Notes: a model not told the origin generated them from the sequence alone. 64,000 nt of DNA from an uncultured virus (IMG/VR IMGVR_UViG_3300020183_000051) (IMGVR_UViG_3300020183_000051), one strand, 5' to 3'. Shown: positions 1-10,314, counted from the stretch's first letter. Translations and numbers: made by a program.

Positions 1-1590
1 ACTGGTTCCATCGGTTCCACTGGTTCCATCGGTTCCAGAAGCTCCATCGGTTCCAGAAGTTCCATCGGTTCCAGAAGCTCCATCGGTTCCAGAAGCTCCA
101 TCGGTTCCAGAAGTTCCATCGGTTCCATTTATTCCATTGGTTCCAGAAGTTCCATCAGTTCCGTCGGTACCAGAAGTTCCATTGGTGCCACTTGTTCCAG
201 AAGCTCCATTGGTGCCACTTGTTCCAGAAGCTCCATTGGTGCCACTTGTTCCAGAAGCTCCATTGGTGCCACTTGTTCCAGAAGTTCCATTTGTTCCATC
301 GGTACCAGAAGTTCCGTCAGATCCATCGGTTCCAGAAGTTCCATTGGTGCCACTTGTTCCAGAAGTTCCGTTGGTTCCGTCGGTACCAGAAGTTCCGCTT
401 GTTCCATGTGTGCCTAAAAAATTTCCATCCACTCCAGAAGTTCCATTGGTGCCACTTGTTCCAGAAGTTCCGTCGATTCCATCGGTTCCAGAAGTTCCAT
501 CGGTTCCAGAAGTTCCATCGGTTCCAGAAGTTCCATCGGTTCCAGAAGTTCCATCGGTTCCAGAAGTTCCATCGGTTCCAGAAGTTCCATCGGTTCCATC
601 GGTTCCAGAAGCTCCATCGGTTCCAGAAGTTCCATCGGTACCAGAAGTTCCATCGGTACCAGAAGTTCCAGAAGTTCCATTGGTGCCACTTGTTCCAGAA
701 GTTCCGTTGGTTCCGTCGGTACCAGAAGTTCCGCTTGTTCCATGTGTGCCTAAAAAATTTCCATCCACTCCAGAAGTTCCATTGGTGCCACTTGTTCCAG
801 AAGTTCCGTCGATTCCATCGGTTCCAGAAGTTCCATCGGTTCCACTGGTTCCATCGGTTCCACTGGTTCCATCGGTTCCACTGGTTCCATCGGTTCCACT
901 GGTTCCATCGGTTCCACTGGTTCCATCGGTTCCATCGGTACCAGAAGTTCCATCGGTTCCACTGGTTCCATCGGTACCAGAAGTTCCATCGGTTCCACTT
1001 GTTCCATCGGTACCAGAAGTTCCATCGGTACCAGAAGTTCCATCGGTTCCACTGGTTCCATCGGTACCAGAAGTTCCGTCGGTTCCATCTGTACCAGAAG
1101 TTCCATTGGTGCCACTTGTTCCAGAAGTTCCGTTGGTTCCGTCGGTACCAGAAGTTCCGCTTGTTCCATGTGTGCCTAAAAAATTTCCATCCACTCCAGA
1201 AGTTCCGCTTGTTCCATGTGTGCCTAAAAAATTTCCATCCACTCCAGAAGTTCCATCGGTTCCAGAAGTTCCATCGGTTCCAGAAGTTCCATCGGTTCCA
1301 GAAGTTCCATCGGTTCCAGATGTTCCATCGGTTCCAGAAATTCCATCGGTACCAGAAGTTCCATTGATGCCACTTGTTCCAGAAGTTCCATCGGTTCCAT
1401 CGGTACCAGATGTTCCATTGGTGCCACTTGTTCCAGAAGTTCCATCGGTACCAGAAGTTCCATTGGTGCCACTTGTTCCAGAAGTTCCATCGGTTCCAGA
1501 AGTTCCATCGGTTCCAGAAGTTCCATCGGTACCAGAAGTTCCATTGGTGCCACTTGTTCCATTAGCACCTGATGTTCCGCTTGTTCCATT
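1..1590 (-). repeat. 9-bp-unit tandem repeat block encoding G-T-[S/D/N], with recurring [11 protein letters not shown] spacers
   Basis: ttccatcgg / ttccagaag / gccacttgt units. Spacer ccatgtgtgcctaaaaaatttccatccactcc occurs near 403, 739, 1165 and 1213. Confidence 0.95.
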
Positions 1591-3489
1591 TTGATTTACA
1601 ATATTAATAGTGCCAATCATACCGGGATGGTTAGCACACTGATATACTATACTGCTAGGAGCATCAGCCGGAACTCTATAAATTATTAAAACACTAGTAT
1701 TAGCTTTTCCGCTTGCAGGATCGTTGTTGGTTGTACCTGGAACAACTGATGTATCTTCAGAAGATAATCTTAAAGCAAATGGATGACTTGATGAGACAGC
1801 ATCCACATTAAAATAATATAACTGTCCACGCACCACCGTTAAAGTTGGAAAGTTACCGTCATACCCACTAATAGTATAATTTGAATTTGTACTAGTTACT
1901 GTAAATAATTGGCCGCCTTCTATACCACTAGTGCCACTTGTTCCACTGGTTCCATCGGTTCCACTGGTTCCAGAAGTTCCATCGGTTCCACTGGTTCCAT
2001 CGGTTCCAGAAGTTCCATCGGTTCCAGAAGTTCCATCGGTACCAGAAGTTCCATTGGTGCCACTTGTTCCAGAAGTTCCATCGGTACCGGAAGTTCCATT
2101 GGTGCCACTTGTTCCAGAAGTTCCATCGGTACCAGAAGTTCCATCGGTTCCAGAAGTTCCATCGGTTCCACTGGTTCCATCGGTTCCAGAAGCTCCATCG
2201 GTTCCAGAAGTTCCATCGGTTCCAGAAGCTCCATCGGTTCCAGAAGTTCCATCGGTACCAGAAGTTCCATTGGTGCCACTTGTTCCAGAAGTTCCATCGG
2301 TACCGGAAGTTCCATTGGTGCCACTTGTTCCAGAAGTTCCATTTGTTCCATCGGTGCCACTTGTTCCATCGGTTCCAGAAGTTCCATCGGTTCCATCGGT
2401 ACCAGAAGTTCCATTGGTGCCACTTGTTCCATCGGTGCCACTTGTTCCATCGGTTCCAGAAGTTCCATTGGTGCCACTTGTTCCATCGGTTCCAGAAGTT
2501 CCATTGGTGCCACTTGTTCCATCGGTTCCAGAAGTTCCATCGGTGCCACTTGTTCCATCGGTACCAGAAGTTCCATTGGTGCCACTTGTTCCATCGGTTC
2601 CAGAAGTTCCATCGGTGCCACTTGTTCCATCGGTGCCACTTGTTCCATCGGTTCCAGAAGTTCCATTGGTGCCACTTGTTCCATCGGTGCCACTTGTTCC
2701 ATCGGTTCCAGAAGTTCCATCGGTGCCACTTGTTCCATCGGTTCCAGAAGTTCCATTGGTGCCACTGGTACCAGAAGTTCCGTCGGTTCCATCAGTTCCA
2801 TTGATGCCACTGGTGCCACTGGTGCCACTGGTTCCAGAAGTTCCGTCGGTTCCATCAGTGCCACTTGTTCCATTGGTGCCACTTGTTCCATTGGTGCCAC
2901 TTGTTCCATTGGTGCCACTTGTTCCATTAGTACCTGAAGTTCCGCTCGTACCTGAAGTTCCATTGGTGCCATTTGTTCCGTCGGTGCCACTGGTTCCGTT
3001 GGTGCCGCTTGTTCCATTAGTGCCACTGGTTCCATTAGTGCCACTGGTTCCATTGGTGCCACTCGTCCCATTTGTGCCTGATGTTCCAGAAGTTCCGTGC
3101 GTACCTAAAAAAGATCCATCTATTCCAGACGTTCCACTTATACCGGATGTACCACTAGTACCTGATGTTCCATTAGAATTCAACGCATAACTAGCCGTTA
3201 AAGCATAAGACGATGATATAGAATTTAAGCTCCAACTACTTGTTATTGGATAAAGCGAACCTGTAACAATAGAAGAACCCGCATTATCTGCGTAACTAGC
3301 GGTAATGGCATAAGAAGATGTTTTCGGTGTAATGAGCGATCCCATTTCACCAAACGTTTTACTAGTTAAAGAAGAAGTATCATCAAAAATAACCACCGAA
3401 CTAGACGCATTTTTTAAAATTACTTCTTGAAATGACGTATTTCCCGCATTTTTTCTATTAAATAAAAAATCTAAAGGATTGATTGCCAT
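1..3489 (-). CDS. Giant Gly-X-Y (G-T-S/G-T-D/G-T-N) collagen-like or polyglycine fibre protein with an internal cupredoxin-like domain; runs off the left edge (>1160 aa)
   Basis: ATG at 3489 ([23 protein letters not shown]...). The frame stays open to position 1, so it has no stop in the window and is absent from the ORF track. Contains [15 protein letters not shown] motifs, then [10 protein letters not shown] repeats. TATTTATA motif upstream. Confidence 0.85.
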   Translation of the reverse strand, partial: MAINPLDFLFNRKNAGNTSFQEVILKNASSSVVIFDDTSSLTSKTFGEMGSLITPKTSSYAITASYADNAGSSIVTGSLYPITSSWSLNSISSSYALTASYALNSNGTSGTSGTSGISGTSGIDGSFLGTHGTSGTSGTNGTSGTNGTSGTNGTSGTNGTSGTNGTSGTDGTNGTNGTSGTSGTSGTNGTSGTNGTSGTNGTSGTNGTSGTDGTDGTSGTSGTSGTSGINGTDGTDGTSGTSGTNGTSGTDGTSGTDGTSGTDGTSGTDGTSGTNGTSGTDGTSGTDGTSGTDGTSGTDGTSGTNGTSGTDGTSGTDGTSGTDGTSGTNGTSGTDGTSGTNGTSGTDGTSGTDGTSGTNGTSGTDGTDGTSGTDGTSGTDGTNGTSGTSGTNGTSGTDGTSGTSGTNGTSGTDGTSGTDGASGTDGTSGTDGASGTDGTSGTDGTSGTDGTSGTDGTSGTSGTNGTSGTDGTSGTSGTNGTSGTDGTSGTDGTSGTDGTSGTDGTSGTSGTDGTSGTSGTSGIEGGQLFTVTSTNSNYTISGYDGNFPTLTVVRGQLYYFNVDAVSSSHPFALRLSSEDTSVVPGTTNNDPASGKANTSVLIIYRVPADAPSSIVYQCANHPGMIGTINIVNQNGTSGTSGANGTSGTNGTSGTDGTSGTDGTSGTDGTSGTSGTNGTSGTDGTSGTSGTNGTSGTDGTDGTSGTSGINGTSGTDGISGTDGTSGTDGTSGTDGTSGTDGTSGTDGTSGVDGNFLGTHGTSGTSGVDGNFLGTHGTSGTSGTDGTNGTSGTSGTNGTSGTDGTDGTSGTDGTSGTDGTSGTDGTSGTDGTSGTDGTSGTDGTSGTDGTSGTDGTDGTSGTDGTSGTDGTSGTDGTSGTDGTSGTDGTSGTDGIDGTSGTSGTNGTSGVDGNFLGTHGTSGTSGTDGTNGTSGTSGTNGTSGTSGTDGTSGTDGTSGTDGASGTDGTDGTSGTDGTSGTDGTSGTDGTSGTDGTSGTDGTSGTDGIDGTSGTSGTNGTSGVDGNFLGTHGTSGTSGTDGTNGTSGTSGTNGTSGTDGSDGTSGTDGTNGTSGTSGTNGASGTSGTNGASGTSGTNGASGTSGTNGTSGTDGTDGTSGTNGINGTDGTSGTDGASGTDGASGTDGTSGTDGASGTDGTSGTDGTS
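1927..3177 (-). repeat. Second G-T-[S/D/N] tandem repeat block
   Basis: Same 9-bp units, with a variant [11 protein letters not shown] spacer near 3094-3126. Confidence 0.95.
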
Positions 3490-3538
3490 ATTTTATATCA
3501 TATAAATATAAAACCCTACAAGTAATATGTATTTGTTT

Positions 3539-4738
3539 TTAAAAAGAAGACCAATCTGCTATAGACTTTCGTTTCCATCTTCCATTTACATAAATATAGT
3601 GAAAATTGCCATCAAATGCCATCCACCCCTCTTGACCAGGATCTGAAGAAGAAACAGGAGCAGATTTCCAAATATCCGTATAATTAATTAAAGGTCCACC
3701 TGTAGATCCTACCGCTACGATATTAGCCGTATTAGTGGATTGAATGAGATTGTCGTAATAACTACGAATTGCGACTACATCTTGGTTAGATACGTCCGCC
3801 GTAGCCCCATCCACATTAATTTTAGGCGTCCTAAAGGTTTCATCATCAGGAACCAACGGGTTTACGTAATGGTAATCGGTGGGTTTTTTATAAGAAGTTT
3901 TCTTTAAATTTTTATTTATTTGATCCATTTGTTCACCAGAAACAATTTCGGTACCTATTTTTATAACTCGCGGAGTGAGACTTCGTTTCACAGTGTTTTG
4001 TCTATTTTCTAGAGATTCTTCCAAAAGATAGGCTTTTACTTTTAAACTAAAAGTAGATCTGACCAATCTATCAGCATCCGTACTTGTTTCGGTAGTAAAA
4101 CTATAATCATTAGCGTATACACGAAATTTGAACCGCTTTGGATCGCCCCAATATTCTTCACAAGCAAAATTAATTTTCTGAACTATTTTATTTAATTGTT
4201 CGATATATTCACACCAACATGTAAATTCATATGTTACATCAATATGATCAGGAAGAGTGACGCCAAAAATTTGGTGAACAGGAGCGACATGATTATTCAA
4301 CAAAGAGAATTTGTCGTATTTATTTTTTTCATCAAATTTTTTCATAACCGGATATGTTAAATGTCTATTCAACGTCATTAAACTTGAATTTTTTGAAAAA
4401 GAATTTCTTTTAAAAACCATCACAGGCAGTTGTATTTTTCCTTGTTGATCACGTAACACACCATCTTGTTGAATGGCCTTCCATTTTTCAGGAGAAGCAT
4501 AATAAATCGGCACTTTTATATTCGTGCCATTATCCACGACTTGTATATTTATATTTTTATCTATATAATTATAAATCGCAGTATCTATGTCGATTAAATT
4601 AACAGTAAAATCTTTATTAACATCATCATCTCGACGAACATTTAACGCACGATTTTCGGACAATTTAATGTCATTTACATTGTTACCCAATTGAATATTA
4701 TTGGGAACGGGATTATCTATATTTCCTTTCCAAGCCAT
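3539..4738 (-). CDS. gp15: Tail terminator / tail completion protein (T4 gp15-like) with C-terminal extension
   Basis: IKVPIYYASPEKW...IQLPVMVFKR resembles gp15 family motifs; lies directly after the gp13- and gp14-like genes. Confidence 0.65.
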   Translation of the reverse strand: MAWKGNIDNPVPNNIQLGNNVNDIKLSENRALNVRRDDDVNKDFTVNLIDIDTAIYNYIDKNINIQVVDNGTNIKVPIYYASPEKWKAIQQDGVLRDQQGKIQLPVMVFKRNSFSKNSSLMTLNRHLTYPVMKKFDEKNKYDKFSLLNNHVAPVHQIFGVTLPDHIDVTYEFTCWCEYIEQLNKIVQKINFACEEYWGDPKRFKFRVYANDYSFTTETSTDADRLVRSTFSLKVKAYLLEESLENRQNTVKRSLTPRVIKIGTEIVSGEQMDQINKNLKKTSYKKPTDYHYVNPLVPDDETFRTPKINVDGATADVSNQDVVAIRSYYDNLIQSTNTANIVAVGSTGGPLINYTDIWKSAPVSSSDPGQEGWMAFDGNFHYIYVNGRWKRKSIADWSSF

Positions 4739-4742
4739 AATA

Positions 4743-5219
4743 TTACCCTTGTCTATCTATTAAATTTATTTTGCTAAATCGACTATAATGTGTATTACAA
4801 ATTATCGAACGACTTTTTTCAGGCTGGCCGCCATCAAATTGTTCTTGAACAACATTATCAATTTCATGATAACGTTCGTTAAAAAGGACCAAATCGCCAA
4901 GTTGGGGGAAAAAGTTCACTTCTTTAAGCATTAATTCTCTAAATTTAAATACCACCGACTGTTTCCTATCAGGTCCAAACCCCTCGTCTTCAGAAGATAT
5001 ATCAGTTCTTTCAATCAAAGCGGACATCTCCACGGCAGGATAGTAAAATTTACCAGTAGTTTGGTTTGTTTCACCGTATACATTAGTTTTGGTTTCAGTC
5101 GGCGCAATTTTATATAAAAGTACAATTGTTTGAATAATATCACCCAACAACTCTGCATTAAAAGAATTTAACAAAAGTTGATCTCGACTAGAAAAATATC
5201 TTCCTGAATAGTCAGCCAT
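4743..5219 (-). CDS. gp14: Neck / head closure protein (gp14-like)
   Basis: TNVYGE...EGFG...FFPQLGDLVLFNERYHEI pattern; synteny between the gp13- and gp15-like genes. Confidence 0.65.
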   Translation of the reverse strand: MADYSGRYFSSRDQLLLNSFNAELLGDIIQTIVLLYKIAPTETKTNVYGETNQTTGKFYYPAVEMSALIERTDISSEDEGFGPDRKQSVVFKFRELMLKEVNFFPQLGDLVLFNERYHEIDNVVQEQFDGGQPEKSRSIICNTHYSRFSKINLIDRQG

Positions 5220-5225
5220 AGTACA

Positions 5226-6398
5226 TCATCCAATATAAATTAAATTAGGTACCGATTTTAATGCCGTCATAGTTTTTTCCACCTTATTTGCATTAGATTC
5301 TAGTTGTTTATCTAGCGTAGTAGCTTCTAACATTTCACGCAATTGTGTAATTAATGCTTCTTTTTCTGTATTAGCTTCACTTCTTAGTTCGGAGCCATCG
5401 AGTGTTACTTCTCCGCCAGGTATAGGGACGGTTGAATATTTCTGACGAATTGCGCCTAACAATTCTTTACATAAAGCTAAAAAGTATTTTTTAATCCATT
5501 GTCTTCCAACTGAATTTATACTAAAGTAAGGAATATTTTGATATGGAATATTAGAATAATCAGATGAACTTGAGTATGGAGTCGATCCAGAAATGAATAC
5601 AGAATTAGCTTTTTCATTTTCAAGATAGTACTCAAAATATAATTTAAAATTTGTAGTGGGTATAGGAAATATTTTAAGTCTATTATTTATTAATTCAAAA
5701 CTATAACCACTTTTTCTTACCATATCATTAAATTCTATAGCTTGTCCACGAAGCAAATCTTCAAATATTGGAGTCATTAAAAATTGCGTAGCAGGAGAAT
5801 AACCCGCAAATCCCATTTCATTTAACACATTGCTGTAACTCATTCCAGTCATGCTGAAAGGATCGTAAATACGAGCAAATGCGGGGGAGGGACCATGATA
5901 TATTTTTTTTATTTCTAATCGGTTATAACTTTCAGATACGTTTCCCCATAATGTTTGTAGATCGTATGTTTGTTGATTAGTAGCTATGTCAATACAACCT
6001 TTTTTAAGGGTCACATTACCGCCAACCAATGCTTCCGTACCGTAACCACCTGCTAATTTTATTAAATAATTCAAACCTGTGTCAACAATAGGCTTTCCAC
6101 CTATATTTACTGAAGTCGACTGGCCAATTAAATTTAAATAATTATTTTTTATATTAAATTGATTCACCTGAGCACCGTATTCGGATACTGCTTCTTCAAA
6201 ACACGCGTAAAAATTTACATCTCTTAATTCTATGTCTACGACCGGATAACCTAAACGAGTTGCGGCCCATTTTGCTGAATTATAACATTCTAAAGTAAAG
6301 GAAGAATCCGCATCATAAAATCCAAATGGAGTGGATCCTGATACTGCGGAACCACTTCCTGGCCATCTTATTCTATCCTGATCGATTCCAATAGACAT
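5226..6398 (-). CDS. gp13: Neck / head-tail adaptor (gp13-like)
   Basis: RLGYPVVDIEL near the N-terminus and WIKKYFLALCKELLGAIRQKY...PGGEVTLDG near the C-terminus are typical gp13 motifs. Confidence 0.8.
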   Translation of the reverse strand: MSIGIDQDRIRWPGSGSAVSGSTPFGFYDADSSFTLECYNSAKWAATRLGYPVVDIELRDVNFYACFEEAVSEYGAQVNQFNIKNNYLNLIGQSTSVNIGGKPIVDTGLNYLIKLAGGYGTEALVGGNVTLKKGCIDIATNQQTYDLQTLWGNVSESYNRLEIKKIYHGPSPAFARIYDPFSMTGMSYSNVLNEMGFAGYSPATQFLMTPIFEDLLRGQAIEFNDMVRKSGYSFELINNRLKIFPIPTTNFKLYFEYYLENEKANSVFISGSTPYSSSSDYSNIPYQNIPYFSINSVGRQWIKKYFLALCKELLGAIRQKYSTVPIPGGEVTLDGSELRSEANTEKEALITQLREMLEATTLDKQLESNANKVEKTMTALKSVPNLIYIG

Positions 6399-6435
6399 AT
6401 ATCTTATAAATAGTTAAAATATAAAATAAACATGT

Positions 6436-6714
6436 CTATAGTTTCGTTATTTTAACTATTAGATTTTTACTGCCTTTTATAATCCTATGATATGTTTCTT
6501 TTGGAATAAATATACGTTCCTCTAACAATATAGGCAATTGATTATCTAATTGAAACATCCAATTACCTTTATTTTCAAGTACCTCTACAAATCTATCTTC
6601 TTTATCTAAATGCCACTCTAATTCATGTTCATTTACATCAGAATCAAATTCACGTATATATTGATTATGAGCTAAATTTATTTCTTTATATGGATGATTA
6701 TTAAACTCAATCAT
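6436..6714 (-). CDS. Small cupin-fold protein
   Basis: WHLDKEDR (motif 1) and IFIPKETYHRIIKG (motif 2). Confidence 0.6.
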   Translation of the reverse strand: MIEFNNHPYKEINLAHNQYIREFDSDVNEHELEWHLDKEDRFVEVLENKGNWMFQLDNQLPILLEERIFIPKETYHRIIKGSKNLIVKITKL

Positions 6715-6881
6715 ATAGTTTATATAATTTATCAGACTCGGTTAAACTAAAAATTATTTTTATATATACAAATATATAAAATACCCATCTTCACGGTTTT
6801 AAATTAACGTATCTTTTTTAAAATTAGATTTCCGAGTCTGTCAACAATTTTAATTCAAAAATTAAATTTAAAAGAGAAACA

Positions 6882-7691
6882 TTATGCGACATATAACTCT
6901 TTTTTATTATTTTTTATAGCCCAATTAGCCACATCTAAAATAGAATAAAGTCTTTGTTTAATATCCGATTCACTCAATCCCATATTTATAATTCTAGCAT
7001 TACCAGCTATTTTTTTAGAAAATTCATCATGAGGATTTTCAAAATCTTTTTGAGTGTCTTGTTCTACATCAGGTATAGAACTATCATGTTTTGAAATTGT
7101 ATGTTTGGAAATCCAATCGGGATCATATTTTAAAACCGATTCTACTCTTCGTTTAAGTTCGTCGGCAGTAAAACTAAAACCGCTGTTGGTGTCATCATCA
7201 GGTTCAAATTGAAGTATGTTTTTATATATATGGTAAGCGTTTCGATTTGAAAAATTCACCTCGGGAGCTCCTGTATATTTGTGTTCATTTTTAACAATTG
7301 GAATTCTCACTACTTTATATTTGTAAGAGTTACTATCTTCCAATTTAAGTTTTCCATGTTCAATATTTAATTTTTTAAGTTCCGCCAATATTTCTCTCAA
7401 CATTTTTTTGAGTGTTGAATTTGTATATCCACTATAATATAAATTCAACGTTCCAACGGAACTGTCTATATTGCTTTGGCCATCAACCACCAAAAGTTCG
7501 GTTGGGCGGTTTTTTCTAAAATAATTAATTTGATCCTCTGGCAAAGACTCTAAAATTTTATAAGCAATTCTTTGTAAATGAAAAGACAAATCCATCAAAT
7601 TATCAAATCTTTGATAATTTGTGTCTTTAACATATAAAGTCATGCTTTCATTCAAAATTTTATTATTTAAAATATTTTTTAATTTAATCAT
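6882..7691 (-). CDS. Hypothetical protein, putative internal head protein
   Basis: Likely start MIKLKNILNNKILNES at 7691, right after the upstream stop; the track start at 7808 overlaps the neighbouring gene. Confidence 0.6.
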   Translation of the reverse strand: MIKLKNILNNKILNESMTLYVKDTNYQRFDNLMDLSFHLQRIAYKILESLPEDQINYFRKNRPTELLVVDGQSNIDSSVGTLNLYYSGYTNSTLKKMLREILAELKKLNIEHGKLKLEDSNSYKYKVVRIPIVKNEHKYTGAPEVNFSNRNAYHIYKNILQFEPDDDTNSGFSFTADELKRRVESVLKYDPDWISKHTISKHDSSIPDVEQDTQKDFENPHDEFSKKIAGNARIINMGLSESDIKQRLYSILDVANWAIKNNKKELYVA

Positions 7692-7692
7692 A

Positions 7693-8295
7693 TCACCAAT
7701 ACTTTCCTTTACCTTTGTTTCCCAAAGAACGAATTCTATGACTGCGACAACTCCAATATCCCGCTGTAGTTCTATCTTTTTTCTGACTGCACTTATGCCG
7801 AGCGGCAAAACTCTTTCTTCTTGCCGCGCTACGACCTCTAACTCTTAAATTAGGATCTCCGAAAGAAACTTTTACAATGTTTCCTTTTTTGTTTGTGACA
7901 TATACCGAATATTTTTTTGGACCACCCGGAGTTCTAAACGGACGATTTAATTTAACTGTTCTTCCACGATGTTTTGCTTCCAACAACGTATCTTCTTCTT
8001 CTTCAATAGGAGCATCTAAATAAACTTCTCGACCTTCATAAATAGACATTTTACCCAAATCGCTCTCTACCAACTCAGCATCATCATCGTTTAATTCTAT
8101 TTTATTATCAAAATATAATCTTCTGACTTCTTCTATTAGTTGAAAATATTTTTCACTATATGTCCTAAAAACATTTTCACTTAGAGATATTTTTTTATTT
8201 AAATGATATTGTAGTTCAACCGACACAATATCTTCACCTGTAAGTTTCATCGGCGCATGAAATAATAAATCATGTAAAATTTCTAAAAGTTTCAT
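7693..8295 (-). CDS. Phage protein with basic C-terminal domain (DUF6321-like)
   Basis: LLEAKHRGRTVKLNRP...VKVSFGDP...RRKSFAARHKC...GYWSC. Confidence 0.6.
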   Translation of the reverse strand: MKLLEILHDLLFHAPMKLTGEDIVSVELQYHLNKKISLSENVFRTYSEKYFQLIEEVRRLYFDNKIELNDDDAELVESDLGKMSIYEGREVYLDAPIEEEEDTLLEAKHRGRTVKLNRPFRTPGGPKKYSVYVTNKKGNIVKVSFGDPNLRVRGRSAARRKSFAARHKCSQKKDRTTAGYWSCRSHRIRSLGNKGKGKYW

Positions 8296-8299
8296 AAAA

Positions 8300-8500
8300 T
8301 TATTTTATATCAACAAAATATGCACCGTTAATTACTTTAACTTTAATAGTTAAAGGTTGCCTTGTTAAATTAGAAATCACAAAGTTGGATTCTTCATTAG
8401 TTTTAGAATCGATCGCTACCAATGAAGCATTAACAGTATTAGGTCCAATCACGGTTAAATCAGATTTTTCATTTTCAACTAATTCACGCAATTTAATCAT
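8300..8500 (-). CDS. Small hypothetical protein
   Basis: Likely start MIKLRELVENE at 8500, with TATTTAT motifs immediately upstream. Confidence 0.55.
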   Translation of the reverse strand: MIKLRELVENEKSDLTVIGPNTVNASLVAIDSKTNEESNFVISNLTRQPLTIKVKVINGAYFVDIK

Positions 8501-8531
8501 ATAAATAAATAGTTTTAACAAATATAAAATA

Positions 8532-8559
8532 TTGAATTTTATTAAGTTATCTATATCAT
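8532..8559 (+). promoter_or_regulatory. Sigma70-like promoter, probably giving a leaderless transcript
   Basis: TTGAAT-N16-TATCAT-N7-ATG(8567). Confidence 0.4.
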
Positions 8560-8566
8560 CAAATTG

Positions 8567-9040
8567 ATGGTAATTAATATAAAATGTGATCTATTAAAAT
8601 GCGAAGTAGACGCAATCGGACATTGTGCAAATTGTTTTTGTACAATGGGCGGAGGAATTGCATTTCAATTAAAAAATAAAATGCCTGAAACATATGAGTC
8701 AGATTTAAAAACAATCGCGGGAAATAAAAATAAATTAGGAACGTTTTCTTTGGCCGAAATTAAGAAATTTAAAGAAAACTCTTCAATAAAATATGTATAT
8801 AATTTATATGGCCAGTATTACTATGGATCTAACGAAAGAAATTTAAATTATGAAGCCATATATACTGCAATCGATTCTATGAAAAAAGATTGTATAGAAA
8901 AAAATATAAAAAAAGTTGGATTTCCAAAATACATGGGATGTGGATTAGCAGGAGGAAATTGGCAGATTGTATCCACAATGATTAATACAATTTACGATAA
9001 AACTCCAATAACCACATACATCTGCGAGTATACTGAATAA
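8567..9040 (+). CDS. Macrodomain (ADP-ribose processing) protein
   Basis: CDLL...AIGHCANCFCTMGGGIA...YNLYGQY...FPKYMGCGLAGGNW macro motifs. Confidence 0.85.
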   Translation: MVINIKCDLLKCEVDAIGHCANCFCTMGGGIAFQLKNKMPETYESDLKTIAGNKNKLGTFSLAEIKKFKENSSIKYVYNLYGQYYYGSNERNLNYEAIYTAIDSMKKDCIEKNIKKVGFPKYMGCGLAGGNWQIVSTMINTIYDKTPITTYICEYTE

Positions 9041-9043
9041 TTT

Positions 9044-10036
9044 ATGCCAACAATTTTAAATACAAAATCAATTTATTATAATGATTGCAATTTGATTGCA
9101 CAACCTACACATCTGGACTTAAAAAGTCGTGCAGATATTCCTATGTCTTTAGATAGAATTTTTGTGTCCCCCATGTCAGCGGTAGTAGGGAAGTCTTTTA
9201 TTAAAGAAGCTACTGACATTGGTTTATCGGTTGGAATTCATAGATTCTGCGATATTGTCACTCAAATAGAAATGGTCAAATGTTCGACGCATGATAATAA
9301 AAATACCTATGTAAGCATAGGTTTAAATGACTGGGACAGAGTTCATCTACTCAGAGATTATACCTACAATTGGATTATAGATTGTGCAAATGGATACATG
9401 TCTAAACAGATATTAGACGTTATATCAAAACTTAAATCAGAAGCATCAATCAGAAATTTGATCATAGGAAACATCCACTCAAAAGAAGGAATTAAAATTT
9501 ATAACTCTCTCTTAAAAGAACAATTTAAAGTATATTTCAGAGTGGGAATTGCTTGCGGATCCGCTTGCAGCACTTCGGATGCAACCGGAGTGAATCGTGG
9601 ACAAATAACTGAAATTATTGAATGTAAAGAATATATTGACAAACATAAAATTGACAATTTTTATTTGATAGCCGACGGTGGCATCAAGAATGGAAATTAT
9701 GCTTCAAAAGCGTTTGGAGCTGGGGCTGATTATGTTATGATGGGCGGATTTTTTTCAAAAGCAACGGAAGCGGAAACCCATATTATAAAAGACGGAACTT
9801 ATTGGGGCGGTGCTAGTAAAAAACAACAAGAACTATTTGGGGGAGTCAAACGTCATAGTGAGGGAAAGGTATATAAAATAGAAGACGACATTGTTCCTTT
9901 AAAAGAACTTGTAAAAGAATTGTGGGGTGGTATAAGTAGTTGTGTGAGCTACAGTGGATATAATACATTAGAGTCTTTTATAGGAAATGGGGTATTTGAA
10001 ATAAAAGAAAACAGTCTACCTCCTAAATCAAGATGA
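9044..10036 (+). CDS. guaC: GMP reductase (IMPDH/GMPR family)
   Basis: IDCANGY, catalytic loop GIACGSACST, IADGGIK, GADYVMMGG, and an SEGK flap motif typical of GMPR rather than IMPDH (PEGV). Confidence 0.8.
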   Translation: MPTILNTKSIYYNDCNLIAQPTHLDLKSRADIPMSLDRIFVSPMSAVVGKSFIKEATDIGLSVGIHRFCDIVTQIEMVKCSTHDNKNTYVSIGLNDWDRVHLLRDYTYNWIIDCANGYMSKQILDVISKLKSEASIRNLIIGNIHSKEGIKIYNSLLKEQFKVYFRVGIACGSACSTSDATGVNRGQITEIIECKEYIDKHKIDNFYLIADGGIKNGNYASKAFGAGADYVMMGGFFSKATEAETHIIKDGTYWGGASKKQQELFGGVKRHSEGKVYKIEDDIVPLKELVKELWGGISSCVSYSGYNTLESFIGNGVFEIKENSLPPKSR

Positions 10037-10227
10037 ACGATAAAATAATAGAAATTCTATTCAATCTTTGGAAGTATGATATTGAAGTCCTTTCCCAACC
10101 TTGGATGTATTATTGGTTGTGTATCCCAGCGCTGGTGTATTTAGCATTCTTTTTTATCAAGTGGTCTGTCTTAACCGTACCAATTTGGCTTCCAATCAGT
10201 ATAATCATTAAAAGTTTTAGAAAATAA
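10033..10227 (+). CDS. Small membrane protein
   Basis: 64 aa with hydrophobic WMYYWLCIPALVYLAFFF...VLTVPIWLP; ATGA overlap with guaC. Confidence 0.65.
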   Translation: MNDKIIEILFNLWKYDIEVLSQPWMYYWLCIPALVYLAFFFIKWSVLTVPIWLPISIIIKSFRK

Positions 10228-10268
10228 AAATTTATTTAATCAGAAATAAATAAGGAAAGTTTTTACAC

Positions 10269-10314
10269 AAAAAAAGAAGAACCCTCCAAGAATTTCTTCA
10301 AGGAGGGTTCTTTT
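10269..10314. terminator. Bidirectional rho-independent terminator between convergent units
   Basis: Stem aagaaccctcc (10277-10287) / ggagggttctt (10302-10312), with an A-run on the left and a T-run on the right. Confidence 0.85.

Noticed and set aside
1..3177. Possible CRISPR array or satellite
   Set aside because: 9-bp coding units with no unique spacers and no cas genes.
129..3190. Track ORFs with VPEVPS, FQKFHR, MELLEP or SIGSRS repeats
   Set aside because: These are alternative-frame and antisense shadows of the Gly-Thr-X gene; only that frame runs through the non-repetitive parts.
7692..7808. Extended start of the 308-aa ORF
   Set aside because: It overlaps the 7693..8295 gene; the ATG at 7691 fits better.
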